Shown: positions 51,467 to 61,907, numbered from the stretch's first letter. The stretch: DNA of 64,000 nt from Candidatus Bathyarchaeota archaeon (GCA_963702095.1 OY969706.1:2368001-2432000); one strand, 5' to 3'. Translations and numbers: made by a program. Notes: generated by a model not told the origin, from the sequence alone.

Positions 51467-52565
51467 CCTGTTGGGTATCTATAGCCCATCGGGTCAAGAA
51501 CAGAGTATAGCCAACTTTTTAGCGCAGCGAATGGAAAAAATGGGTTTCGAAGTAGGCGTAGATGCAATAAGCAATGTCATCGGAGTCGTCGGCGAAGGCG
51601 AACCCGTAATCTTGCTCTGCGGACACATGGATACCGTTTCGGGTCATTTGCCACTGCGGATTGAGGAGGGCAAAATCTATGCTCGAGGCGCAGTAGACGC
51701 CAAAGGTCCCCTAGCAGCAATGGTCATGGCGGCGTTAGCGGCAAGCAAAGACCCCCATTTTCAAGGAAAAATCCTCGTCGCCTCCGTTGTTGAGGAAGAA
51801 GCCACCAGCAAAGGAGTACGTCACCTTATAACTCAGGGTATCAAAGCTGACTACGCCATCTTCGGGGAGCCAAGCGGCGTCGAAAACGTTACTATCGGCT
51901 ACAAAGGCCAAATCCAACTTAAAATCACCATTACAACCGAAACAGGGCATGCATCCACACCTTGGATGTACGATAACGCGTTGGAGAAGGCGTATGAGTT
52001 GTGGGAGCAAATTCGGATGCACTCGTCTTACCCGTCTTTGGATCCCTCAGTTAGTCCCTATAAAGCCGTCACCGCATGTCTTGTACGTCTCATCGGCGGG
52101 GAAGCCACCTCGGTTATTCCTTTCGAAGCGGAATTGAACCTTGACATCCGCGTTCCCATACAGTTCTCAACAGCCAAAGTCAATGAGCAACTAGACAAAA
52201 TCATCGCCAAATACCAAGAGGCTAACCCGAAAATCGGGGTCAAACACCAAGTCATGGACACGGTGGAACCATTTGAAGTTGACAAGTCCTCTCCGCTGGT
52301 GCATGTGATGTCTTCTTCAGTGCGCAAAGTCCTAGGTAAACCCGCTACACTGCTGCATAAAACTGGCACAGGAGACATGAACATCCTAGGCAAATCCATG
52401 AACCTGCCCATAGTAACCTACGGACCCGGCGACAGCCACCTTGACCACACAATCGACGAACACATAGAAATTAGCGAGTACCTCCAAGCCATCGAAGTTT
52501 ATAAAGAAACCTTACTGCGTCTATCTGAGTTGTATAACATCAAGAATGAAAAACAGGCAACCTGA
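51405..52565 (+). CDS. lysK: LysW-lysine/ornithine carboxypeptidase (LysK/ArgE, M20); real start possibly CTG at 51429
   Basis: GHMDTV, GRGAVDAKG-like ARGAVDAKGP, VEEE, GEPS, YGPGDSHLDHT. Confidence 0.9.
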   Translation: MKHWRKKKLSEQTAAVRFLTNLLGIYSPSGQEQSIANFLAQRMEKMGFEVGVDAISNVIGVVGEGEPVILLCGHMDTVSGHLPLRIEEGKIYARGAVDAKGPLAAMVMAALAASKDPHFQGKILVASVVEEEATSKGVRHLITQGIKADYAIFGEPSGVENVTIGYKGQIQLKITITTETGHASTPWMYDNALEKAYELWEQIRMHSSYPSLDPSVSPYKAVTACLVRLIGGEATSVIPFEAELNLDIRVPIQFSTAKVNEQLDKIIAKYQEANPKIGVKHQVMDTVEPFEVDKSSPLVHVMSSSVRKVLGKPATLLHKTGTGDMNILGKSMNLPIVTYGPGDSHLDHTIDEHIEISEYLQAIEVYKETLLRLSELYNIKNEKQAT

Positions 52566-52769
52566 CCTTTTCCCTGTCTTTCCTAATATTTCTCAAAGAT
52601 CAACCGTAGCTGTGCAATCAGGCTAGAATTTTGAGCTAATTTAGAGGAAAAGCTTTTCTGATTAAACCACGATTCAAAATGTCACAAGCAGTACCTCTGC
52701 ATGCAAATACTAAACTGAAATGGGGTAAAAAAGACGGCAGCAAATATAGAGTTAATCATTGCTGTTTTC

Positions 52770-54299
52770 TTGCTAATCACTTTCGTAGCCGCCCTAATAT
52801 CAATTAGGCTAAAAACACCCTACACACTTGTGCTGGTCCTAATCGGCGTCGGCATAACCGCCATAGCCAGCCTACTAGCCGTCGGAGATACCCCCATCCA
52901 TGGCTTTGCACAGGCAATAATTGAGCAAATTAAAACATTTGACAACCTCCTGCTTGAGGGAGGCGGAAGCGGCTTTTTCGTTGGAATAGTTGTGCCTCCA
53001 CTTGTTTTCGAGTCCATGATGCATATTCGCGCTGGCGATTTACGTGCAGTCATCAGACCCTCTTTGGTATTAGCTACCGTCGGCGTAGTCATAGCTACCT
53101 TAGTCGGCGGCTTATTGCTATGGCTCGTCGGGTTACCCCCCTACGTTGCGCTACTGTTTGCGGCTTTGATAGCGCCCACCGATGTCGTTACAATTCTTGA
53201 GGTGTTTCGCAGAGTAAAAGTGCCGCCTAAACTAACCATTCTCCTAAACACTGAAGCCGCATTCAACGATGCAACCGCCATCGTGGTCTTCACAATAATC
53301 CTCTCATCCACCGCTCTAACCCAAAGCGGCTTGCTAGGTGCAACAGCAAGTTTTAGCTACACACTCTTGGGCGGTATACTGGTTGGCTTAGGCATCGGCT
53401 TCCTATCCGAACTATTACTAAGCCTAATCGAGGACAAAACATCCGAATGCATACTTACCGTCGCAGCAGTCTATGGCTCCTTTGCACTCGCCACAGGCAT
53501 AGGTGCTTCAGGAATAATCGCGGTTGCGGTGACGGGTTTGTACTTCGGCAACTTCACTATACGTACAGCGCTCGTTTCAACTACTCGGAACACCATTAGG
53601 GTGTTTTGGGAAGTAATAGCGTTTCTAGCTAACTCTATTGCTTTTCTCTTCATCGGCTTCCAAACTGACCTCCTTACTCTCTACCAGTCAGTAGGACTCA
53701 TCATTCTGGCGTTCATTGCCGTCACCATTGCCCGGGCAGCCACGGTTTTCCCGATTTTTGCCTTCTTCAGCAAACGAGGAGAGAAACTGCCCCGCAAATG
53801 GGGAAACGTTGCTTTGCTGGGGGGCGTTCGAGGTGCCCTATCGATAGTGCTTGCCGCCACAATAACTGTCTCTGCTGTTGTCAGCGCTAGTGACATAACG
53901 ATTATTCGCACGATGGCTTTAGGCGTAGCCTTCTTATCTATAATCTTCCAGGTGCCGCTCTTATCCCGCTACGTAAAACGGGTATTCAAAGGTCAAGAGA
54001 ACGCGCAGGTTGTGAAGACTGAGGAAGAATTGGCTTTGGTTACCGCGGGCATCGAAGAGTCAGTTGACTTAAAGAAAGAAAATAGGATTTCTAATCAAGA
54101 GTTTGTCAGTAAACTGGAGGGGTGCCGAGATCAGCTTGACGAAGCCATCTCTGAGACTTCGGCGATGCTTAGAACAAGACAAATAATTAAGGATCGGGCT
54201 AACATGCTTTACGCGTCTGTGAGGGTCAAAAGTAGTGTTAAGCGTTCTAAGGGCGACCAGAAGGCGAAATCAGCCCAAGATGCGGATGAAATGAAATAG
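52770..54299 (+). CDS. Na+/H+ antiporter, CPA1/NhaP family (start uncertain)
   Basis: Multi-TM; APTDVV, EAAFNDA, GGVRGALS. Confidence 0.88.
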   Translation: MLITFVAALISIRLKTPYTLVLVLIGVGITAIASLLAVGDTPIHGFAQAIIEQIKTFDNLLLEGGGSGFFVGIVVPPLVFESMMHIRAGDLRAVIRPSLVLATVGVVIATLVGGLLLWLVGLPPYVALLFAALIAPTDVVTILEVFRRVKVPPKLTILLNTEAAFNDATAIVVFTIILSSTALTQSGLLGATASFSYTLLGGILVGLGIGFLSELLLSLIEDKTSECILTVAAVYGSFALATGIGASGIIAVAVTGLYFGNFTIRTALVSTTRNTIRVFWEVIAFLANSIAFLFIGFQTDLLTLYQSVGLIILAFIAVTIARAATVFPIFAFFSKRGEKLPRKWGNVALLGGVRGALSIVLAATITVSAVVSASDITIIRTMALGVAFLSIIFQVPLLSRYVKRVFKGQENAQVVKTEEELALVTAGIEESVDLKKENRISNQEFVSKLEGCRDQLDEAISETSAMLRTRQIIKDRANMLYASVRVKSSVKRSKGDQKAKSAQDADEMK

Positions 54300-54462
54300 T
54301 AGGGCACCGCTGGTTTGTTGATGCTTAGCACTTTTAGGTGTTCAGTGTTCGAACGCTTTGAACCAGCTAAAGTATTTACTTTGTTCAAGGCATAACTTAC
54401 AAGGTTCCGCCGAATCCCGATACAATAAAAACTGGAGAAAACAGACCATTGTGCTAAAGGCA

Positions 54463-54777
54463 ATGAAGGATAATTTTGTTTCCAGCATAAAAGAGCGGGA
54501 ACTAGCCGAAGGCAAAATGCGTGCCGTGCGTGTCAAACATGAGCCTGTTTTGCTGGCAAGGGTAGGCGGCGCCGTATTCGGTGTCTCTAACCGTTGTCCA
54601 CACATGGGCTGTGAATTACAGGGTGGCATCCTTAACGGCTACATTCTGATGTGCCCCTGTCACGGCTGGAAATTCGACGTCCGTAACGGGCAATACACCG
54701 AAAATCCCTTAACCGCCCTGACCACCTACAAGTGCAAAGTAGAAGATGGACACGTCTGGGTTGAAATCAAAAAGTAA
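54463..54777 (+). CDS. Rieske [2Fe-2S] ferredoxin
   Basis: CPHMG...CPCHGWKFD. Confidence 0.9.
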   Translation: MKDNFVSSIKERELAEGKMRAVRVKHEPVLLARVGGAVFGVSNRCPHMGCELQGGILNGYILMCPCHGWKFDVRNGQYTENPLTALTTYKCKVEDGHVWVEIKK

Positions 54778-54780
54778 GCG

Positions 54781-54939
54781 CTATTCGCCTCGTGTGTCGT
54801 TGCGGTTGCATTCTGCTTTGGGTCGGTACTCCACTTTTTTGGTGCGGGCTTTGTGGTGCATTTCGCATTCTTTGATTCGGACAAGCATCCATTCGGTTTC
54901 TTCGTAGACGCATCCGCAGAGCAGTGTTTTTGTTGGCAT
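54781..54939 (-). CDS. 52-aa microprotein with CGC...C..H motif
   Basis: MPTKTLLCGCVYEETEWMLVRIKECEMHHKARTKKVEYRPKAECNRNDTRGE*; converges 3 nt from the Rieske stop; host-like codon usage. Confidence 0.55.
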   Translation of the reverse strand: MPTKTLLCGCVYEETEWMLVRIKECEMHHKARTKKVEYRPKAECNRNDTRGE

Positions 54940-55117
54940 GATATTGGATACCTATACGTTCATGGTTGCGTGGTTTGATAAGGGTTTCGAAATTGCACCG
55001 TTAAACTTGATTTGAAGAAAAAAGCCTGTAATGGGTAGATTTGGTTTTTCGGTGGCTAAGTAGGGCAAGGTTTTAGAGGAGGGTACGCTACTTTGATTCC
55101 ATCTATAGGTGCACTGT

Positions 55118-55243
55118 ATGCCTAACATGAAAAAGAAAAACATCAACACCCGCAAAGAACAAGAAAAGAAGGCTCTGCGGGAAAAAGAAGCAAAAAAGAA
55201 AGAATTGCATTCAAATCTTCCGCAGAAAGGAAAGAAAAAATAG
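55118..55243 (+). CDS. 41-aa Lys-rich basic microprotein
   Basis: MPNMKKKNINTRKEQEKKALREKEAKKKELHSNLPQKGKKK*; followed by a T-rich tract. Confidence 0.4.
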   Translation: MPNMKKKNINTRKEQEKKALREKEAKKKELHSNLPQKGKKK

Positions 55244-55554
55244 CTGCTTCGGGATTACTGTTTACTTGATTTTCTTCCTCTTTCGTATTTTCTATCTTGG
55301 ATGCGCTTTCCCCTTGTGTTTTTTACATTTTGTTTAACGTTTTTCCGTTTTTATGAAGGAATGTTAATATAAACCTTCTTTTTACTCTACAAACGCTAAG
55401 CCAAACCCGGAAGTTGCGAATAAATGATTCCGCCTAATCCCCAAATTACCAAACCAGAATTGAAGCACACAACCATGCAACTCACTAAACATACCACTTA
55501 CATTTCAGAATTTACCTCAAAATATGGCTTCTACTCTTTAGGCGGCAAAAGTTA

Positions 55555-57221
55555 ATGTGTGGAATAGTCGGAATCTTTAACATTTCAGAGCCAATCCCTC
55601 AGGCAAGGGACAAAGCACTTCGGATGGCAGCTAAAATCAGGCACAGAGGCCCAGATTGGAGCGGCATCTACAACGACGACAAAGCCATCCTCGCCCACGA
55701 AAGACTCTCTATTGTTGACGTGGAACATGGCGCCCAACCCTTATTCGACAAGTTAAACGGCAACGCGTTAGCTGTGAACGGGGAAATCTACAACCACATT
55801 GCTCTGCGCAGCAAACTTGGAAAGGAGCATCTGTGGCAGACTAAATCGGACTGTGAATGTATTCTCTACCTCTATGACGAATATGGCGCGGACTGCCTTG
55901 ACATGTTAAACGGCATGTTCGCATTCGTGCTCTACGACAAAGCCAAAGGCATCTTCTTTGTAGCTCGCGACCACATAGGCATCATCCCACTCTACGCTGG
56001 CTGGGACGACAGGGGCACCCTCTACGTTGCCAGCGAAATGAAAGCGCTAAACGATTACTGCACAATCATCAAAGAGTTTCCCCCCGGACATTACTTGCTG
56101 GGCAACGGCAGCGAAGACTTCACAAAATGGTACAAGCCCAAATGGGCAGAAGAAATCCCGACCAAGAAACTTGAGCTCACCGAACTCCAGGAAGCACTGG
56201 AGAAATCCGTGAAGGGCGAAATGATGTCTGATGTTCCCTACGGTGTATTGATTTCGGGGGGGTTGGATTCGTCGTTGATTGCATCTATTGCTTCGAAGTA
56301 CCGCAAGAAACGGGTTGAATCCGGCGACCAAGAGGAAGCGTGGTGGCCCAGACTGCATTCGTTTGCTGTTGGCTTGGCTGATTCCCCCGATTTGAAGTAC
56401 GCAAAGAAGGTTGCAGAATACATCGGAACTGTTCACCATGAAATCATATTCACCATACAGGAAGGCTTCGACGCAATAAAAGACGTCATCTACCACCTTG
56501 AAACCTTCGACGTCACCACCATCCGTGCGGCGACGCCTATGTATCTGATGGCACGCAAAATCAAGTCCATGGGCATCAAAATGGTGCTCAGCGGCGAAGG
56601 CGCAGACGAAGTCTTCGGCGGCTACCTGTACTTCCACAAAGCCCCCAACAAACAGGAATTCTACGAGGAAACCGTGCGCAAACTCCAGATGCTAAGCAAA
56701 TACGATTGCCTGCGTGCCAACAAAGCCACCGCCGCCTGGGGTGTGGAAACTCGTGTGCCCTTTTTGGATAGGAGTTCTTGGATTTCGCCATTGGTTTTGA
56801 TCCCGAAGAGAAAATGTGCAGCGGTGACAGGATAGAGAAGTATGTGCTGCGCAAAGCGTTTGAAGGCTACATTCCTGAGGAGATTTTGTGGCGGCAGAAA
56901 GAGCAGTTCAGCGACGGTGTCGGCTACGGCTGGATAGACTACCTCAAACGCCATGCCCAAAGCACGGTCACCGACGAAATGATGAAAAAAGCCAAAACAA
57001 AGTTCCCAGTGCAGACCCCGTCCTCTAAAGAAGAATACTATTACCGCCAAATATTCGACAGTTACTTTTCCTGTCCGTCGGCGGCGTTGACGGTTCCTGT
57101 GGGTCCGACGATTGCCTGTTCGACTCCGACGGCTTTTCGCTGGAGTGAGGAGTTCAAGAAGATGGCTGATCCCTCTGGCAGGTCGGTTAAGGTGCATGAG
57201 CACGCTAAACAAGGTAGCTAG
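55555..57221 (+). CDS. asnB: Glutamine-hydrolysing asparagine synthase B, one-base frameshift near 56770
   Basis: MCGIVG, HRGPDW, SGGLDSS, SGEGADE, RVPFLD / RQKEQFSDGVG. Confidence 0.93.
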
Positions 57222-57258
57222 GTTTGTTGTTCTGGGTGTTTCTGCCCTTTTTTCTGTG

Positions 57259-57389
57259 TTTTTTCTATAGTTGTTGTTGGCAAAAACCTTCTATACACAA
57301 CAACAACCAGCAGGCTGTGCTGCTGATTGCTTTTTGGCGTCTGCGTCTTTGGTGCGTTGCAGGCTGGTTGTGGCTTATTCCGCAAGCGG
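57259..57389 (-). repeat. Dispersed element, copy E
   Basis: Reverse complement: GCTTG-N10-CACAACCAGCCTGCAAC-N11-GCAGA...GTTGTTGTTGTGTATAGAAGGTTTTTGCCAACAACAACTATAGAAAA. Confidence 0.88.
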
Positions 57390-57398
57390 AACAAGGCG

Positions 57399-57797
57399 CT
57401 ATAAACCTACAACTTTTAACTCTTTAACCCTGCCAAAATGAGCATCACACGTAACCATACAATCCACTTTCTCAGCCAACGCCGTCGCCGCATGCAACGC
57501 ATCCCTCGGCGCCAAATGCAACTCCCTAATCAACCCCAGAGCAGACAACGCCAACTCCCTCGTGGCATCGATGATTTCAAGGTTGGGAAAATTCAGCATC
57601 GCCTCCGCAGTCTCCAGCGCCTTCTCCAACCCCCTATTCCGCTTAACCTCCCAGAAAACCTCATCAAAAGTCAAAGCTGACGTAACTGCCTTATCCTCGC
57701 CCGACTGGATTTTAGCCAGCAGAGCCACCGCTTTAGGGCCCTCCTTATCGGTGTTTAAGGCGGCAAAAATAAAGATGTTAGCGTCCAGATAAAGCAC
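57399..57797 (-). CDS. vapC: PIN-domain toxin (VapC family)
   Basis: YLDANIF, TFDEV, PRDALHAATA, TCDAHF. Confidence 0.92.
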   Translation of the reverse strand: MLYLDANIFIFAALNTDKEGPKAVALLAKIQSGEDKAVTSALTFDEVFWEVKRNRGLEKALETAEAMLNFPNLEIIDATRELALSALGLIRELHLAPRDALHAATALAEKVDCMVTCDAHFGRVKELKVVGL

Positions 57798-58041
57798 GTT
57801 TGAATCTCTCGTCTAGTTCTTCTTCGTAAGCATGCGGGTCTACATAGGGAACAGATTTGCCGCTATTGGCGACTCTCTTGAAAACTGCGACAGCATCAAA
57901 AGCTGGCTTCTCCAACACCGCCCTATTGTCCTCCAAGGTTATCTGCACTTTCATGCCCGGCTCGATTTTAAGCGCCTTACGAATAGCCCGCGGGATAACA
58001 ACTTGCCCTTTGGGACCGACTTTCATTTCTTCCCGAATCAA
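57778..58041 (-). CDS. AbrB/MazE-type antitoxin
   Basis: KVGPKGQVVIPRAIRKALKI.PG. Confidence 0.9.
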   Translation of the reverse strand: MIREEMKVGPKGQVVIPRAIRKALKIEPGMKVQITLEDNRAVLEKPAFDAVAVFKRVANSGKSVPYVDPHAYEEELDERFKRALSGR

Positions 58042-58042
58042 A

Positions 58043-58088
58043 GTATAACCACAAGTTATACAAAAGTATAACCATCACTTATACTTTT
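58043..58088. promoter_or_regulatory. Tandem palindromic operators of the AbrB-VapC module
   Basis: Two GTATAA-N7-TTATAC inverted repeats 23 bp apart; the second extends to AAAAGTATAA-N7-TTATACTTTT. Confidence 0.75.
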
Positions 58089-58188
58089 CATGGAGAGAAA
58101 TACCAAAATCACATGGTTTTCTCATGTTTAAGCCAGTTACGGTTTTATATGCAACCAATAGCATAAGACTGCAAAAGAGAGAATCCTC

Positions 58189-59631
58189 ATGTCCGATACT
58201 GGTGTCACCGTCAAGAAAAACGTAGACTTCAGCGAATGGTACGTCGAAGTAGTGTTGAAAGCTGAGTTAGCTGATTACGCGCCTGTGAAGGGCTGCATGA
58301 TTATCCGCCCAGACGCCTATGCGGTTTGGGAGAAAATCCAAGAGGTTGTTAACCAAAAAATTAAAGCGACGGGGCATCGAAACGCCTATTTCCCCATGTT
58401 TATCCCAGAAGGGTTCCTCAAAAAAGAAGCAGAGCACTTTGAAGGGTTCACTCCGGAAGTTGCGTGGATCACTCAGGGCGGCAACACGCCACTAGAGGAG
58501 AAACTTGCTGTTCGCCCCACCAGCGAAACCATCATGTACAGCATGTACGCCAAGTGGATACGCAGTTGGCGCGATCTGCCCCTGAAAATCAACCAGTGGT
58601 GCAACATCGTCCGCTGGGAAACCAAAGCGACGAAGCTGTTTTTGCGTACCCGCGAGTTCCTCTGGCAGGAAGGACACACTGCGCATGCCACCGCTGAAGA
58701 AGGCGAAACCGAAGTCCAATGGGCACTCAACATGTACAAAGACATCGTCGAAAACTACCTTGCCATCCCAGTTGTCCTTGGCACCAAGAGTGAGAGCGAA
58801 AAATTCGCCGGCGCCCTCTACACCACAGCGCTCGAATCCATCATGCCTGATGGTAAAGCCTTGCAGATGGGCACCAGCCACAATTTGGGACAGCACTTCG
58901 CCAAGGTCTTTGACGTGAAATACATCGGTGAAGACAAGGCTGACCACTACGTGTGGCAGACCAGTTGGGGCATCACTACGCGGCTCATCGGCGCCATGAT
59001 TATGGTGCACGGCGACGACAAGGGCTTGATTATGCCGCCTAAAGTTGCGCCTGTGCAGGTGGTCATCGTGCCGATTCCATTCAAGGGACTGGAGGCAGAG
59101 GCGATTGCCGCTAAAACCAAGCAAATCCAAACCGACCTCCAAGGCAGAGGCATCAGCGTAGTCCTCGACGACCGCAGTGAATACACTCCGGGCTGGAAGT
59201 TTAACCAGTGGGAACTCAAAGGCATCCCGCTACGCGTTGAAGTTGGACCCCGAGACATCAAGAACGGCCAGGTAGTTATGGTGCGGCGGGACACTGGTCA
59301 AAAAGCATTCGTTAAAGATGCCGACATACTTGCCACTGCCGAGAAACTGCTCACCGACATCCAAGACAGCATGCTTGCTAAAGCCAGAGCCATCCTCGCA
59401 GACAAAACCACACTCGTCAAGAGCTACGACGAATTCAAACAGGTGCTTGAAGCCAAAGGCGGCTTCCTCAAAGCACCTTGGTGCGGCAACCCAGAGTGCG
59501 AAGCAAAAATCAAAGACGAAACAGGCGCAACCATCCGCGTCATACCCTTCCAGAAAGAGGCTCCTACTTCGGGCTGCGTGTTCTGCGGCAAAGAAGCAAA
59601 AGACGTTGCATACTTTGCTAGGTCATATTAG
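58189..59631 (+). CDS. proS: Proline-tRNA ligase (archaeal/eukaryotic type)
   Basis: RPTSET, RTREFLWQEGHT, QMGTSH, C-terminal FARSY. Confidence 0.97.
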   Translation: MSDTGVTVKKNVDFSEWYVEVVLKAELADYAPVKGCMIIRPDAYAVWEKIQEVVNQKIKATGHRNAYFPMFIPEGFLKKEAEHFEGFTPEVAWITQGGNTPLEEKLAVRPTSETIMYSMYAKWIRSWRDLPLKINQWCNIVRWETKATKLFLRTREFLWQEGHTAHATAEEGETEVQWALNMYKDIVENYLAIPVVLGTKSESEKFAGALYTTALESIMPDGKALQMGTSHNLGQHFAKVFDVKYIGEDKADHYVWQTSWGITTRLIGAMIMVHGDDKGLIMPPKVAPVQVVIVPIPFKGLEAEAIAAKTKQIQTDLQGRGISVVLDDRSEYTPGWKFNQWELKGIPLRVEVGPRDIKNGQVVMVRRDTGQKAFVKDADILATAEKLLTDIQDSMLAKARAILADKTTLVKSYDEFKQVLEAKGGFLKAPWCGNPECEAKIKDETGATIRVIPFQKEAPTSGCVFCGKEAKDVAYFARSY

Positions 59632-59779
59632 ACCTAACCAAACCCTTTTTTCACTTATTTTTTGAACAATCGGCTTTTGCAAGCCCATATTTGGGGTGCA
59701 AGCGTTTGTTTTGGGGCGGTTGCTGTGGGGAACGTTTATTTTTTGGGTCAGCAAGAGTTGTTGGGTACAGGTAAGGCAA

Positions 59780-61017
59780 TTGTCAGGCATCAAAGTAACT
59801 AAGCGTGCAAGCAGCATCGAATATGCCATTCGCGATGTCATAGTCCACACTAAAGACCTGATTAAGAATGGCAAAAAAATCTACTATCTAAACATCGGTG
59901 ACCCTGCCGCATTCGACTTTAAAACTCCGCCCAGCCTCAAAGAAGCTCTCTGCAACGCCATCGCCCAAGAAGACAACTATTACTCCCCCTCAGAAGGGTT
60001 GCCAGAACTGCGGCAAGCAGTCGCCAACAAGGAGAAGAAAGTTAACGACGTCGACATCACAGCCGACGACGTGCTGGTCACTGAGGGCATCTCGGAAGGC
60101 ATCCAGATGCTACTCGGAGCCATCGTGGAGAGGGGCGACGAAATCCTCTTCCCAGGCCCACTTACCCCCCATACATCAGCTACACTAACTTTTTCGAGGG
60201 CAAACCAGTCAGCTACGAAACCATAGAAGCAGAAGGCTGGCAACCCAACATCGACGACCTACGCAAAAAAGTCACCGATAAAACACGTGCCATAGTCATA
60301 ATCAACCCCAACAACCCCACCGGCGCAGTCTACGACCGAAAAACCATCAAAGAAATCCTCGACATCGCAGGCGAACACAACCTCCCAGTTATCAGCGACG
60401 AAATCTACGACCAACTCACCTACGAAAAACAGTTCGTCAGCGCAGCAAACGTAACCAAAGACGTCCCCGTCATCGGCTTAAACGGGTTCAGCAAAGTTTA
60501 CCAGATGACCGGCTGGCGCTTAGGCTACATGTACTTTAAAGGCGAAGGTAAACAACTTGACGCGCTCAAAGATGGCGTGGAGAAGGAATGCAGAATCCGC
60601 ATCTGCGCAAACACTCCAGTCCAAATCGCTGCGACCGCAGCGCTAAACGGTCCACAGGACTTCGTCAAAGACATCGTCGAGCGACTCCGCGAAAGGCGGG
60701 ATTTCAGCCACAAACGCCTAAACGAACTCGAAGGCATATCCACCACTAAACCCGAGGGCGCCTTCTACATCTTCCCCAAAATCGAAGGCATAGGCAAACG
60801 TTGGAGAAGCGACATGGACTTCGTTGTGGAACTGCTCAAAGAAACAGGCGTTTTAATCGTCAATGGCAGCGGCTTCGACCCAGTGTATGGCAAAGACCAC
60901 GCTAGAATTGTGTTTTTGCCGCCTGTCGACGAGTTAGAGCAAGCCTACAGCGCGTTGGAAGGCTTCATGAAAAAGAAGGTTAGAAAGGACAGCCGCGGCC
61001 ATGTTGGCTACGGCTAA
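59780..61017 (+). CDS. Class I/II PLP aminotransferase (AlaA-like), one-base frameshift near 60160
   Basis: EYAIRD, LNIGDP; IINPNNPTG, SDEIY, NGFSKVYQMTGWRLG in the second frame. Confidence 0.88.
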
Positions 61018-61022
61018 AAACC

Positions 61023-61907
61023 TTAGATTTTTGTTCCGCTGGCTGGGTCTTCGATTACTTTTTGGAACTCAGCCATTAACCGTTTGGTGACGGGTCCAGG
61101 TTTACCGTTGCCGATGACACGCCTGTTTACCTCGCGAATTGGCACCATCTCCATGGCTGTGCCTGTGAAGAAGGCTTCGTCAGCTGTGAAGACCATGAAG
61201 GGCGTTAGGTTTGTGGCGGTGAGTTTGACGTCGAGTTTCTGGCAGAGTTGGGCGACGACTTCTGCGGTGATGCCTGCTAATGCGCCTGTGCTGGTCGGGG
61301 GGGTGAGGAGTTCGCCGCCTTTGACGATGAATATGTTTTCGCCGACGCCTTCAGCTATGCAGCCGCTTGGTTCAAGGCAGATGGCTTCGTCGACTCCGTT
61401 TGCATTGGCTTCAATTTTTGCTAGGACACTGTTGAGGTAGTTGAGTGATTTTATCTCGTGGGTTGTGGCGTCCACGGGGTTTCGTCTGACCCAGCTGAAC
61501 ATGGTGGTTATGCCGACTTCTTTGGCGTTGCCTGCTTTGATGTTGATGGTGTCAGCGATGATTATGATGGTGGGGTTGGGGCATTTGCGGGGGTCTAAGC
61601 CTAAGTCGCCGACGCCTCTTGAGACGATGAGGCGTATGTAGCTGTCTTTCATGTTGTTCTTGCGTAGGGTTTCAACTACGGCTTGGACCATTTCTTCTTT
61701 AGAGAGGGGGATGTTTAGCATTATGGCGTGTGCACTGCGGTAGAGGCGGTCAACGTGCTCTTTGAGTTTGAAGACGACGCCGTTGTAAGCGCGGATTCCT
61801 TCGAACACGCCGTCGCCGTAGAGGAACCCGTGGTCATAGACGCTGATTTTTGCTTCCGACTTCGGATAGTATTTGCCGTCTATGTAGATTTGCAGTTCAC
61901 TGGTCAT
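61023..61907 (-). CDS. ilvE: Branched-chain amino acid aminotransferase
   Basis: LYGDGVFEGIR, IKSLNY, EGVGENIF, LAGIT, TGTA. Confidence 0.95.
   Translation of the reverse strand: MTSELQIYIDGKYYPKSEAKISVYDHGFLYGDGVFEGIRAYNGVVFKLKEHVDRLYRSAHAIMLNIPLSKEEMVQAVVETLRKNNMKDSYIRLIVSRGVGDLGLDPRKCPNPTIIIIADTINIKAGNAKEVGITTMFSWVRRNPVDATTHEIKSLNYLNSVLAKIEANANGVDEAICLEPSGCIAEGVGENIFIVKGGELLTPPTSTGALAGITAEVVAQLCQKLDVKLTATNLTPFMVFTADEAFFTGTAMEMVPIREVNRRVIGNGKPGPVTKRLMAEFQKVIEDPASGTKI

Noticed and set aside
58062-58088. Palindrome as a Xer dif site
   Set aside because: The spacer between TAA and TTA is 7 bp rather than 6, the site is duplicated, and it sits at a TA promoter.
59660-59770. GT-rich intergenic stretch with two TGCAAGC motifs as a further repeat copy
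   Set aside because: GCTTG is not followed by CACAACC at N10 and there is no terminal hairpin; the same applies to 40720-40805 and 46700-46770.
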